Positions 46,058-56,161 of a stretch of 64,000 nucleotides of DNA are shown here, in pieces. The notes below the pieces were generated by a model that saw only the letters and a program-made list of their open reading frames with translations, did no database searches and was not told where the DNA came from. The stretch lies in IMG/VR virus record IMGVR_UViG_3300027963_000043, positions 1 through 64,000 of that record, one strand, 5' to 3'. The translations under genes were made by a program, and so were the position numbers. Positions within the stretch are counted from its first letter, which is position 1. The number at the start of each line of letters is the position of its first letter. This stretch comes from a virus.

Positions 46058-46081
46058 TAAATAATACATAAATTAAATTAT

Positions 46082-46117
46082 AAAATAACCCTCACGTTCT
46101 CGTGGGGGTTATTTTTT
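46082..46117 (+). terminator. Rho-independent terminator
   Basis: AAAATAACCCTCACG-TTCT-CGTGGGGGTTATTTT stem with T-tract, immediately followed by GTGTAA. Confidence 0.88.
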
Positions 46118-46160
46118 GTGTAATTGAAGTTGGTAAAGGGTTAGATAAAGGTAAAAGATT

Positions 46161-46385
46161 ATGGAAAACGATCCTATAAAAGATATGACTCTTTTTCAGA
46201 TAAAGAGGAAGATTACAAGTATATATAAGAATTTCTTTTTTATTCTTGAAGATTTAGGTGATTCTGGCTATAATATAAATGATGAAACTTATCAAAAAAT
46301 ACGTAAAAGAATCCTTGATAATGCTAATGATGCAGTAAGAGAGATCGAAGAAAATTTTAGTAAAATTAACATAACACTCAAATGA
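46161..46385 (+). CDS. Hypothetical protein
   Basis: 74 aa; SD-like AAAGG; ATGA coupling to the next gene. Confidence 0.7.
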   Translation: MENDPIKDMTLFQIKRKITSIYKNFFFILEDLGDSGYNINDETYQKIRKRILDNANDAVREIEENFSKINITLK

Positions 46386-46657
46386 AAACCAAGAAATTAA
46401 ATTATAATTTTCCTATAGATAAAATAATCGAAGGAAATCTTTCTGTGCAAAGTATACAAAAAAGTTTAAAAGATAACTTTGGGATTTTAAAACCAAGTTT
46501 AATAACATTTAGAAATCCTAATTTTATTAAAAATTATCAAAATTGGGATGATAATAAAAAACATCAATTTATTAAAACTATTGGTGGAGTAGTTTACTAT
46601 GGTAAAATTAAAAACTATTTACAAGATTTAATTAACAATAATGGAGAAAAAATATGA
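46382..46657 (+). CDS. Hypothetical protein
   Basis: 91 aa; ATGA overlaps on both sides. Confidence 0.65.
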   Translation: MKTKKLNYNFPIDKIIEGNLSVQSIQKSLKDNFGILKPSLITFRNPNFIKNYQNWDDNKKHQFIKTIGGVVYYGKIKNYLQDLINNNGEKI

Positions 46658-47409
46658 AAACAATGTTCGAATTTGATATTTATCAAGAAAAGGAAATAGA
46701 AAAAGTAGATGTTTCTACTAATGAAAAAGGTGAAGAAGTAAAAGTTACTTCTAAGGTTAAAACTACGGTTCCAGTTAAATTAGCTATAAAAAAGCCAACT
46801 AGGAGTTTATTTGATGAAGCCGAATTATTTTATGGAGTTAGGCTTTCAGAAGGGATTAAAGCTGGGCTATTAACTCGCGCTCTATTAGCTAAAAGATTTA
46901 ATAATGATGGTGGAGTATTAAGTGATGAAGAGCAAAAAGAATATAATGATTTATATCTAGAATTTTTTAACTTACAAACCGAATTTCAAAGATTATCCAT
47001 AAAAGAAGAAATATTAAGAACTGAAGAAGAAAAGAAGCAAATTCAAAATGTTATAGAAAAAATGAATTCTTCTAGAGAAAGACTTCAAAGATATGAAATG
47101 GCGCAAGCTAATCTTTTTGAACAAACAGCAGAAAATAGAGCTAGAAATAAAACCATTATGTGGTGGGTTCTTCAACTTAGTCTTATTCAAGATGATGATA
47201 AAAAATTCAAAGAACTCTTTCAAGAAGGAAATTACGAAGATAAGCTTAAAAGATATGATGAAATTGAGGAGTCAGAATCTGGCGTAGAGAAAATTGCTAT
47301 ACAAAAACTTCTTTATTTGATCAGCTTTTGGTATATTGGTAGAGCTGCTTCTCAAGAAGAATTTGAAAAACTTCTTAATAATTTACAAAGTAGCGAAACA
47401 AAAGAATAA
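46654..47409 (+). CDS. Putative tail assembly chaperone
   Basis: Acidic helical protein between tube and tape measure. Positional call. Confidence 0.5.
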   Translation: MKTMFEFDIYQEKEIEKVDVSTNEKGEEVKVTSKVKTTVPVKLAIKKPTRSLFDEAELFYGVRLSEGIKAGLLTRALLAKRFNNDGGVLSDEEQKEYNDLYLEFFNLQTEFQRLSIKEEILRTEEEKKQIQNVIEKMNSSRERLQRYEMAQANLFEQTAENRARNKTIMWWVLQLSLIQDDDKKFKELFQEGNYEDKLKRYDEIEESESGVEKIAIQKLLYLISFWYIGRAASQEEFEKLLNNLQSSETKE

Positions 47410-47421
47410 AAGGGATAATGA

Positions 47422-48432
47422 TTGCAAACCTTAGACAAAAACAAATTAAGGCTTTTGTTTATTGATATATTAAAAGGATATTCTTTATCTTATTATAGGG
47501 ACAATAAATTATACTTTAAACACAACACGAGTTTTGATTCTGGCGATATAGATCATCTAAAGCAAGAGTTTTTAGAAAAAGCTAAAAAGAATGGTCTTCC
47601 GACAGAAGATCAAAAAGAAGAATATTTAATTGCAGAAAATCTTTGGTCTAAAGAAAATAACGAAAAAATTAAAAAATTAAAGTCTGATATCTCTAGTCTA
47701 AAACAAACTAAGTCTAAGCTATTTAAAAGTGATGATATCAATGAAATGAATAGACAGATTGATGAAAAGAAATTAGAATTAATTAATTTAACAATAGAAA
47801 AAAAAGATCTTCTAGGTTTCACTGTAGAAGATTATGCTAACAAAAAAATTAATGAATACTATATGTTTAATTCATTATTCAAAGATAAAGATTTAAAAGA
47901 TAGATATTTTTCTGAACAAGAATTTGATGAGCTAGAGAACAAAGAAATATCAGAAGTATTAGAAATTTATAATAATATAAATAAAAATTTTATAGAAAAC
48001 AATCTCAAAAAAATAGCTCTTTCATCATATTATCTAAGTTTATTTAATCTTTGTGATGAAAATGCTTATAATTTATATGGAAAACCAATTGTATATTTGA
48101 CATTTTATCAAATGGAAGTATTTGGATATGCTAGATACTTTAAAAATGCATTATCTGACGCCAAGCATAAACCAGCAAGCGAATACTATGAAGATCCAGA
48201 AAAGCTTATAGAGTGGCTAGAAAGCAGCAAAAATGTTGAAGAAGTATTAACTAAAAGTGAAAATAGTTTAAGCAAAACAGAGGGCGCAATTGCTACTTCT
48301 ATAGTGGGAGCTAAAAAAGAAGACTTAGCAAAAATTGGAAAAGATGAAAATAGTGTTAGTTTGCATAAAGAAGCACAGAAAAAAGGCGGAGTTTTAAGCA
48401 TGGAAGACTTAATGAAAATGCATGGAATTTAG
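47422..48432 (+). CDS. Putative tail assembly chaperone (second)
   Basis: TTG start after AAGGG; directly before the tape measure. Positional call. Confidence 0.45.
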   Translation: MQTLDKNKLRLLFIDILKGYSLSYYRDNKLYFKHNTSFDSGDIDHLKQEFLEKAKKNGLPTEDQKEEYLIAENLWSKENNEKIKKLKSDISSLKQTKSKLFKSDDINEMNRQIDEKKLELINLTIEKKDLLGFTVEDYANKKINEYYMFNSLFKDKDLKDRYFSEQEFDELENKEISEVLEIYNNINKNFIENNLKKIALSSYYLSLFNLCDENAYNLYGKPIVYLTFYQMEVFGYARYFKNALSDAKHKPASEYYEDPEKLIEWLESSKNVEEVLTKSENSLSKTEGAIATSIVGAKKEDLAKIGKDENSVSLHKEAQKKGGVLSMEDLMKMHGI

Positions 48433-48493
48433 TAGGTAATACTATCATAATTAATAATATTTCGTGTAATTCCTTATAGTAAAGGAATAAGGC

Positions 48494-51400
48494 ATGGCTA
48501 GGACTTCAGCTACAATTTCAGTAGGTGCAGATACAAGGCAGCTCGAAAGAGATATTCAGAGCGCGCTATCTCGTGATTTTAAATTCAAAGGATTTAATGA
48601 AAAAGCCTTTACTCAACCTTTAGGACGAATCACTGGTGCTGCAAATGAATTTCAAAAATCATTAGATGCATCAAATGCTCGCGTTATTGCATTCGGTGCT
48701 AGTGCAGGTTTAATATATACTGTAGAAAAAGCATTTACTTCATTAGTTAAAAGTACTATAGATGTTCAAAAATCATTAACTGATATTAATGTTATATTAA
48801 ATGTTAGCACTAAAACATTAGATCAATTTGGAAATAGTTTGTTTGATATTGCTAAAAATACAGGTCAAACTTTTGATGTTGTTGCTCAAGCTGCCACAGA
48901 GCTTTCTCGTCAAGGTTTAGGATTAGAGGAGACTCTAAAAAGAACGCAAGATGCATTAATATTAACTCGTCTTAGTGGACTTGATACTGTAAGTGCAGTA
49001 GAAGCTTTAACTGCAACAATTAATAGTTTTAATAAAGCTGGATTAGATTCAACAGTTATTATTAATAAATTAGCAAACGTTGATGCTGCTTTTGCTGTTA
49101 GTAGTGGTGATCTTGCAGAAGCTATTAAACGAGTAGGATCATCTGCATCTGATGCAGGAGTTGATTTTGATCAATTGTTAGCAATTGTTACTAGTGTTCA
49201 ACAAACTACAGCTAGAGGTGGAGCAGTAATTGGTAATTCTTTAAAAACTATCTTTACAAGAATACAAAGAACAGATACTCTCGATCAATTAGAGCAAATA
49301 GGAATTAAAGTTAGAGATTTAGAAGGAAATACATTACCAGCAATTCAAGTATTATCTAATCTTTCTAATACATTTAATCAATTGGGTGATTCACAAAGAG
49401 CTCAAGTAGCAGAAACTGTTGGTGGCGTATTTCAAATTAATATTTTAAGGGCAGCATTAGCAGATCTAGGTAAAGAATATTCTGTTTATGATAGAGCTTT
49501 ACAAACAGCAAGCAATAGTACTGATCAAGCTATTCAAAGAAATGAAGCCTTAAATCAAACTCTTTCAGCTTTAATTAATCAAACATTTCAAAATTTAACT
49601 AAACTTTCAGCTAGTGTTGGCCAAATAAGTTTAGGACCAACATTTAAAGGTACTTTAGAATTATTAAATAAAGGATTAGAATCTCTATCTACTGATAGTG
49701 AGACTGTTGGTGGTAAAATTGGCAAAGGAATATTAGAAGGAATTGGAACATTTATTAGTGGTCCAGGAGTTATTTTATTAACAGCAGTATTTGGTAAATT
49801 GTTATTAAATTTAGGAAAATTTGCTAGTCAATCTTTACAGACACTTTTAAATATAAATAGCCAAGCAGAACAAAGAATTCAAATTCAAGCAAAAATAAAT
49901 GAAGTTCTTGCCCAAGAACCAGGATTAGTCGCTGCAATATATAGTAAACAAATTAGTGTTTTAGAGTTAGAAAATAGAATTCTAGATGTTATAAAACTTC
50001 AAACATTAGAAAGAGAAAGAGCGGCATCTTTATCAACTGCTATTGCTGGTAATTTAGCTACTCGTGGAGTAACATCTAAGGGTGGATCATTAAAAGCAAA
50101 AAGTGGCGGCTTCATTCCTAATTTTAGTGCTCAAGAAATTTATGGCGCACTAGCTGGAGGATATATGCCAGGAAATATTCAAAAAATGAATATTCCAGGA
50201 CAAGGAAATATAACTTATAATGGAGCAGAAACAGTTAAAAATTTTCCAGGAATGACGCAGCCAGCAATTATGCCACCTCAAGGTAGCAAAGCTGGAAAAA
50301 ATTATCAAAAAGAATTTTCTAAAACTCATGGATTTAATCCTTATGCTAATAATGGATTTATTCCTAATTTTGCATCATATAATATAAATGGTAAGGGTTA
50401 TAGAAATAAAAACGCTTTAGCTAGTGCTATTAATCGCGGAGAAGTAAGTGCAGCAGATGCTAAATTAGCTGGATATATAAGTTCTGAAGAAGAAAAAGCT
50501 TTAAAAGCAAAAGAAAAATCAAATAATCCATTTTATAAATCTAGTTCAACATTATTAACTCTAAGAAGAGAAGGAGTTACAGATGGATATACTTTTAAAC
50601 CTAAAGGTAAACCACCACTTCAAGTAAAATTCCCAGTTGCAGCTTTTAATCCTCAATCTACTGGATTTAAGTTAGATACTTTAAAAGAAAATTTAAGTTC
50701 AGTAATTGATAAATCAATTAAACAATTTGCTGAAGAGATTTATGCAACTAAAAAAATCAGTCCCCCAATTGATTTGCCTAGTACTGTAGAAGCTGCTAAA
50801 CAAAAATCAGAAGGATTGGCTGGAGCAGTAGAAGGTACAATTGGAGGTATATTTGAGGCAGCTTTTAGAGCTTCATTTGGAAAAAGTGTTAAAGCTACAA
50901 AAGGAGGGGGTTTTGATGTGGCTAGTATTCCAAAAGATTTACCATTATTTTTTAATGCCCCAGGATCAACACCTCCCGCAGTAGGAGTTAAAGGAGATTT
51001 CAAGAATTCTGATAGTGGCGGTAATAGAGAAAGTATGGCTATTAAAATATTAAAAGCAGAAAAACCAGATTTATTAAATTATATAACTAAAAAAAATGCT
51101 GCTTTAGGTTTTATTCCTAATTTTACAGCATTAGATAATGCAATTGGAAGAGAAGTAGCAGCTGGAACATCTACTTCTAGAATAAGAATTGGAAAAGACT
51201 CAAGATTAACATCTTCAGCAAATCCACTTGGTTTAGGAGTTTATAATACAAAAGATGAACCTAGAGGTCTTGGCCAAGGCATTCAAAGATATGGATCAAA
51301 AGCTAAAATGGCTGGAGCAGCAGCTGGATTTATTCCTAATTTTGCAGGATTATCATATAATCCTGGAGGCTTAGGCGCACTCGATCCAGCGGTTGCAAAT

Positions 51401-54400
51401 AGAGAAATTGGTACAGCATTTGGAAAAACATTAGCACAATTAAAAAAACAAGAAATTACATTACAACAAGCTAATATGAATCTTCAAAAATTAAGCGCTG
51501 ATTATGGACTAGCTGCAAACAGTCAAAATAGATTTAATCAAATTCTTCAAAGCAGAGCAACTAAATATGCAGAGAGCGCAAAAAATGCTGCTCTTGCGCT
51601 AGATAAATCTAAAACAACTTTTGAAGCCATCAGCAAATATGGTTTAGCATTATCTATAGCTTTGCCAATCGCTACTCAAACAGTAAGTCAATTTAATGAA
51701 AAAAATAAAAAAGCACAAGTTGCTTTAGATGCATTTGGTACATTCTTAAGTATTACTGCTGCTGGTGCATTACTTGGAGGGCCTGGAGCAATAGTAGCAG
51801 GAGGAATTGGCGCGGGAATAGCAACTGCTCAGGTTTTCAAAGGAATGAAAGATATTAAACTTGCAGGTCTTGAGCAAGATTTGCAAGTTGTAGTTGATAG
51901 ATATAATGACACTTCAACATCTTTAACTAAAGTTCTACCATTATTAGAAAAATATAAAGAAATTCAATCTTCAAGTTTACCAGATATTCAAAAAACAGAA
52001 GCTTTAGCGGATATTCAAAATCAACTTACTGAAAACTTAAGTAAAGCTGGTCCAGCGATTGTAGAAGGTGTCACACAAGCTTTAGCAAAACAAGACTGGG
52101 CTCAAGCAGCATACAATATAAATAAAGGCGTAACACAAGCTGGAGCAGAAGCAACAAATGAAAGTATAACAACATTATTTAAAAAATTACAAGTAGAAAG
52201 AGAAGTTGCAAAAGGTAATAAAGTTTTAGCTTCGGGAATTGCTAAAGGAGTCACTGGATTAGTAACTTCTTCTGGAAGAAATATTATTCAAGAATTTGCT
52301 AGTAAGCCAGAAAATCTTCCGATATTAGAAAATACATCAAAAGATTTATATAGATTATTAACTGCAAGAGGAAAACTTGAAAAGGGTCAATCTCTAAATA
52401 GAACAATGATGCAAGAAATTGGTTATAACCTTAGCGCAGAAAACCCTGAGCTTCAAAGACAAGTCGCAAAAGATATCGAAGAGACAGATATTTTATTGAA
52501 AACAAATTTACAAAATATTTTAAAAACAATTCAGCCATTGTATCAAGCTACAGAAGAAACTAGAGCTAAATTTGAAGAATTATCTATGCGAGCAAGTGGA
52601 GTAGCGGCGGGCACAGAAGAAGCTGATATAATAATTAAAGATATAAAACAATACATAGATAATACTAGAAAAACAGCACAAAAGGTTGATTATGCTTTAA
52701 AAACAAATGGAATAAAAAGTGTTCAAGAATATATTGCTGCTTTTAAAAATGGTACATTAAATGCAAAAGATGCTCAAAAATATTATAAAGAATTTGTATT
52801 TGCGTATCAAGACCCAATGGATGTTTTAGCTAAAAATCAAGATGCTTTAAATATGAGTGTTCAAACTACATTTTTAGCTCGAAGCAGTCAAGATAAAGTA
52901 ATAGAGCAATTAACAGTAGAAGAAGATAAACTAAGACAAAAACTAACAAATAGACAAATAACAGAAGACCAATATAATAAAGCTCTTGAAGGATTAAAAG
53001 ATAAAATAATTCTTGAACAAAGAAAGCAAGGAACAATTTTTGCCGAAGACTTTAGAAATGGAAGACAGCAAGCTAGAGAAGCAAATGCGTTAGCTAATGA
53101 AACAAAATTATCAGATTTTGCTGGAGCATTTTTTGATGAATTTGATAATACTACTGCAGATTCATTTAGGCAAATTCAATTAGGAGCGAAAGATACTGCG
53201 AATACAATTAAAAGTGAATTTAATAACGCCTTTTTATCTTTTGCTAATGGAACAGCTACAGCTAGTGATGCTTTCACAAAAATGGCTCTTAATATTAGTG
53301 ACAAAATACAACAATTAGCTCTAGAATGGAGTACTAATCAAGTTTTTGGCGCACTTTTTGGTACTACTAGTAATGTAGTTGGTAAAATAGGTGGAGGTGG
53401 TGGAGGTATTGGAGACTTTTTTAGTTCTTTGTTAAAATCAAAAGGTGGAATTATTAAAGGTTATTCCACAGGAGGACATGTTCTTGGCGGATCAGGAAAT
53501 AAAGATGATGTTCCAGCTATGTTAAGCGGTGGAGAATATGTTATAAGAAAAAATGCTGTTAAAAAATATGGTACAGAATATTTACAAATGTTAAATCAAG
53601 GAAAAGTCAAAGAAAAAGAAGGTGGTGGTTTTATGGGTATTGGTAATATTTTTCAAACTGCTGCTACTGCAATCGTAGGCGCTGTAACAACAAAAGTGAC
53701 TGGAGGAGCTAGTTTTCCTGGAGGAGCTGGTGGCGGAACAGCGTCATTCAACAAAGGTCCATCTAACACAGATCCATATAAAAGAAAAGATGATTCGGTT
53801 TATTTTAGAAACGGAGGAAGAGTTCAGAGATTTGCTTCTGGTGGAGAGGCTTCTTACCTTGGGACAAATGTTTATAGATATAATGACCCATTATATCCAA
53901 CGCAAGGAGAAAATGTTATAAGCCCCAATTTAAGTTTAAGAGCTGTGACTGATCCCAATAATCCTCAAAATAAAATAAGACAAGATAGAGAAATGGCATT
54001 ATATGATTACTTAAATTATGTAGAAGGAGTTAGATTAGAGAATGAAAGAGCTCTTAAAGAAAATATAGCTCTAAATAAAAAAATTCGAGATGAATATAAT
54101 CAGCAACAAAACGCAAAAAGTAGAGGCGCATGGATGAGTTTTGGTTTTAGCGTTTTAGGAGCAGGAGCCAATCAATTTTCATCAATGGGCGGATTTGGAG
54201 GATTAGGTTCATCAGCATCAAAATATGGAGCATCAGCAGTTTTAGGGCCTGGATCTGCTGCAAGACAAAATTATGCTAATAATGCGCCATTTCGTTATAG
54301 CACCCCAACTCCAAGGGCAAATGGAGGATATATTAGGGGTTTTGCTAATGGTGGTTCTAGTGGTAAAGACGATATTCCAGCACTTTTAATGGGTGGTGAA

Positions 54401-54736
54401 TTTGTGATGAGAAAAGAAGCCGTTAATATGTATGGTAAGAAGTTTCTTGATGATATTAATTCTGGAAGAGCTAGAAAATTTGCTGAAGGTGGTGTGGCTG
54501 GAAGCAATTCACCCGAATCATCTTCTAATAATTATTCTCCAACTAATAATGTAAATATAGTTGTAAATTTAAATCAAAATAAAACAGAATCAGAACAAAA
54601 TACTTCCAAAACAGATAATAAAACAGAAGTAGATTTAGAAAATCAAAAAGCAAAACAATTAGCTGCAAAGATAAAAAATGAAGTAATGAAAGTTATTAAC
54701 GAACAGCAAAGACCTGGTGGTTTATTGAGAAGATAA
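48494..54736 (+). CDS. Tail tape measure protein
   Basis: 2080 aa. TP901-type core (AATELSRQG...DLAEAIKRVGS...GAVIGNSLKTIFTRI), four GFIPNF motifs, and C-terminal GG...DDVPAML..GE.V..K.AV repeats. Confidence 0.93.
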   Translation: MARTSATISVGADTRQLERDIQSALSRDFKFKGFNEKAFTQPLGRITGAANEFQKSLDASNARVIAFGASAGLIYTVEKAFTSLVKSTIDVQKSLTDINVILNVSTKTLDQFGNSLFDIAKNTGQTFDVVAQAATELSRQGLGLEETLKRTQDALILTRLSGLDTVSAVEALTATINSFNKAGLDSTVIINKLANVDAAFAVSSGDLAEAIKRVGSSASDAGVDFDQLLAIVTSVQQTTARGGAVIGNSLKTIFTRIQRTDTLDQLEQIGIKVRDLEGNTLPAIQVLSNLSNTFNQLGDSQRAQVAETVGGVFQINILRAALADLGKEYSVYDRALQTASNSTDQAIQRNEALNQTLSALINQTFQNLTKLSASVGQISLGPTFKGTLELLNKGLESLSTDSETVGGKIGKGILEGIGTFISGPGVILLTAVFGKLLLNLGKFASQSLQTLLNINSQAEQRIQIQAKINEVLAQEPGLVAAIYSKQISVLELENRILDVIKLQTLERERAASLSTAIAGNLATRGVTSKGGSLKAKSGGFIPNFSAQEIYGALAGGYMPGNIQKMNIPGQGNITYNGAETVKNFPGMTQPAIMPPQGSKAGKNYQKEFSKTHGFNPYANNGFIPNFASYNINGKGYRNKNALASAINRGEVSAADAKLAGYISSEEEKALKAKEKSNNPFYKSSSTLLTLRREGVTDGYTFKPKGKPPLQVKFPVAAFNPQSTGFKLDTLKENLSSVIDKSIKQFAEEIYATKKISPPIDLPSTVEAAKQKSEGLAGAVEGTIGGIFEAAFRASFGKSVKATKGGGFDVASIPKDLPLFFNAPGSTPPAVGVKGDFKNSDSGGNRESMAIKILKAEKPDLLNYITKKNAALGFIPNFTALDNAIGREVAAGTSTSRIRIGKDSRLTSSANPLGLGVYNTKDEPRGLGQGIQRYGSKAKMAGAAAGFIPNFAGLSYNPGGLGALDPAVANREIGTAFGKTLAQLKKQEITLQQANMNLQKLSADYGLAANSQNRFNQILQSRATKYAESAKNAALALDKSKTTFEAISKYGLALSIALPIATQTVSQFNEKNKKAQVALDAFGTFLSITAAGALLGGPGAIVAGGIGAGIATAQVFKGMKDIKLAGLEQDLQVVVDRYNDTSTSLTKVLPLLEKYKEIQSSSLPDIQKTEALADIQNQLTENLSKAGPAIVEGVTQALAKQDWAQAAYNINKGVTQAGAEATNESITTLFKKLQVEREVAKGNKVLASGIAKGVTGLVTSSGRNIIQEFASKPENLPILENTSKDLYRLLTARGKLEKGQSLNRTMMQEIGYNLSAENPELQRQVAKDIEETDILLKTNLQNILKTIQPLYQATEETRAKFEELSMRASGVAAGTEEADIIIKDIKQYIDNTRKTAQKVDYALKTNGIKSVQEYIAAFKNGTLNAKDAQKYYKEFVFAYQDPMDVLAKNQDALNMSVQTTFLARSSQDKVIEQLTVEEDKLRQKLTNRQITEDQYNKALEGLKDKIILEQRKQGTIFAEDFRNGRQQAREANALANETKLSDFAGAFFDEFDNTTADSFRQIQLGAKDTANTIKSEFNNAFLSFANGTATASDAFTKMALNISDKIQQLALEWSTNQVFGALFGTTSNVVGKIGGGGGGIGDFFSSLLKSKGGIIKGYSTGGHVLGGSGNKDDVPAMLSGGEYVIRKNAVKKYGTEYLQMLNQGKVKEKEGGGFMGIGNIFQTAATAIVGAVTTKVTGGASFPGGAGGGTASFNKGPSNTDPYKRKDDSVYFRNGGRVQRFASGGEASYLGTNVYRYNDPLYPTQGENVISPNLSLRAVTDPNNPQNKIRQDREMALYDYLNYVEGVRLENERALKENIALNKKIRDEYNQQQNAKSRGAWMSFGFSVLGAGANQFSSMGGFGGLGSSASKYGASAVLGPGSAARQNYANNAPFRYSTPTPRANGGYIRGFANGGSSGKDDIPALLMGGEFVMRKEAVNMYGKKFLDDINSGRARKFAEGGVAGSNSPESSSNNYSPTNNVNIVVNLNQNKTESEQNTSKTDNKTEVDLENQKAKQLAAKIKNEVMKVINEQQRPGGLLRR

Positions 54737-54737
54737 T

Positions 54738-56159
54738 TTATAGTATTAACTTTGCAGAAAAGTTAATTAAATCTTTATCTGATATAATTTGTGATTTATT
54801 TATAGAAGTATTTTCATTTAAATATTCATTTAAATTGCTTAAATCATAAGAATATTTAAACAATAAAGTAATATAATCTTTTTCATCAATATTTGTTTTA
54901 TATTTTTCAATATATTTAAGATTATTGCTAGTTTCTATATAAAGCTTTTCATTACTATAAAAAGAGGTTATAAATTCAATATAAATATTGCAAGTATTAT
55001 CGTTTTCTTCGATTTCAATGATTTTGCCTTGAACTATGCCTTGATTTTGTAGATAATCTAGGTCAAGAACAACATCTTCATAAGAAGCCATATCTTTACC
55101 ATAAAAGCCTAAATATCCCTTTTGCAGGTTGTAATTATTATCGAGCACATCATCTGTATTTAAATCATTAGATAAACATATAGTTTTATTGATTTGATCT
55201 TTATTTAATAATGGGAAATAGCTATTAAATAGCATATCATTAATTGATAAATCTGAAATTAAACTATTTGAATTTAAACTTTGATTATTAAATAAATATA
55301 AGTAATTTTGATAGAATATTACAGTGTCATTATTCGTAGCTTGTTTATATATTTTTCCAATATTAAAAGTTTGATTAGGAAAATATTCCTCATATAAATT
55401 ATTAATATCTTCTTCTGATTCTCTTGATTTTAAAAAATTATATAATTCAGATTGAACGTAATTAAGTGGAATAACTTTAATATTTAAATTTTCAGATATC
55501 TCAACGATATCGCTTTCAATAAAAGGTATAGTTAATAAAGCTGTTGATTCATTTACATCTAACCATTTTTCTTGTATATTTTCTGTAAATAAATTAGATA
55601 GACTTTTGTTTTTAATAAGTTTATTAGAAGCTTTGCCTAGAATTAAAAAAGAATATATTTCTTTTTCTTTAAAATATTTTTTATCTATTAAAATTTTAAC
55701 ATTAATATAATCTGAACTACGATAAATTTTTTTAAAAAGACTATTTTTATCTAGATTTTCTATTTCTTCATATTGAGCTTTCATTTCGAAATCTCCTTTT
55801 CCATCTGAATTATAATCGACGTAAAAAAGTATTTCTTTAAAAAATCCTAATTTATTATTTAATTCTTTATATTTTAGATAATTTGTTTGAAAATCAAATT
55901 TGAATATACTTTTAGCTTTGTTTTGATTGATTATTGCTTCGTATTTAGGTTTTCTGCAATAAATTTCATCATGAATAAACCATGTGGTCTCTGTAATTGG
56001 TTCATATGATTTAAAATTTAAAATTTCTTGTAATAGTTCGCCTTTAGTATTTTCTACGTAAATATTAAATGATGGAAATTCTAATGAAGTTTCAAAGAAA
56101 CCTGGTATGTTTCTTATAGTTTCCCATTCTAATGTTAAATTTAAATTTTTAACTTTCAT
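54738..56159 (-). CDS. Hypothetical protein, last gene of the tail-tip operon
   Basis: 473 aa, very AT-rich; converges on the tape measure gene with a 1-nt gap. Confidence 0.7.
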   Translation of the reverse strand: MKVKNLNLTLEWETIRNIPGFFETSLEFPSFNIYVENTKGELLQEILNFKSYEPITETTWFIHDEIYCRKPKYEAIINQNKAKSIFKFDFQTNYLKYKELNNKLGFFKEILFYVDYNSDGKGDFEMKAQYEEIENLDKNSLFKKIYRSSDYINVKILIDKKYFKEKEIYSFLILGKASNKLIKNKSLSNLFTENIQEKWLDVNESTALLTIPFIESDIVEISENLNIKVIPLNYVQSELYNFLKSRESEEDINNLYEEYFPNQTFNIGKIYKQATNNDTVIFYQNYLYLFNNQSLNSNSLISDLSINDMLFNSYFPLLNKDQINKTICLSNDLNTDDVLDNNYNLQKGYLGFYGKDMASYEDVVLDLDYLQNQGIVQGKIIEIEENDNTCNIYIEFITSFYSNEKLYIETSNNLKYIEKYKTNIDEKDYITLLFKYSYDLSNLNEYLNENTSINKSQIISDKDLINFSAKLIL

Positions 56160-56161
56160 TG

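Noticed and set aside
47395-47424. Lambda G/GT-type frameshift between the two putative tail chaperones
   Set aside because: The downstream frame has TAA (47416) and TGA (47419) immediately before its TTG start, so a frameshift from the upstream gene could not read through.
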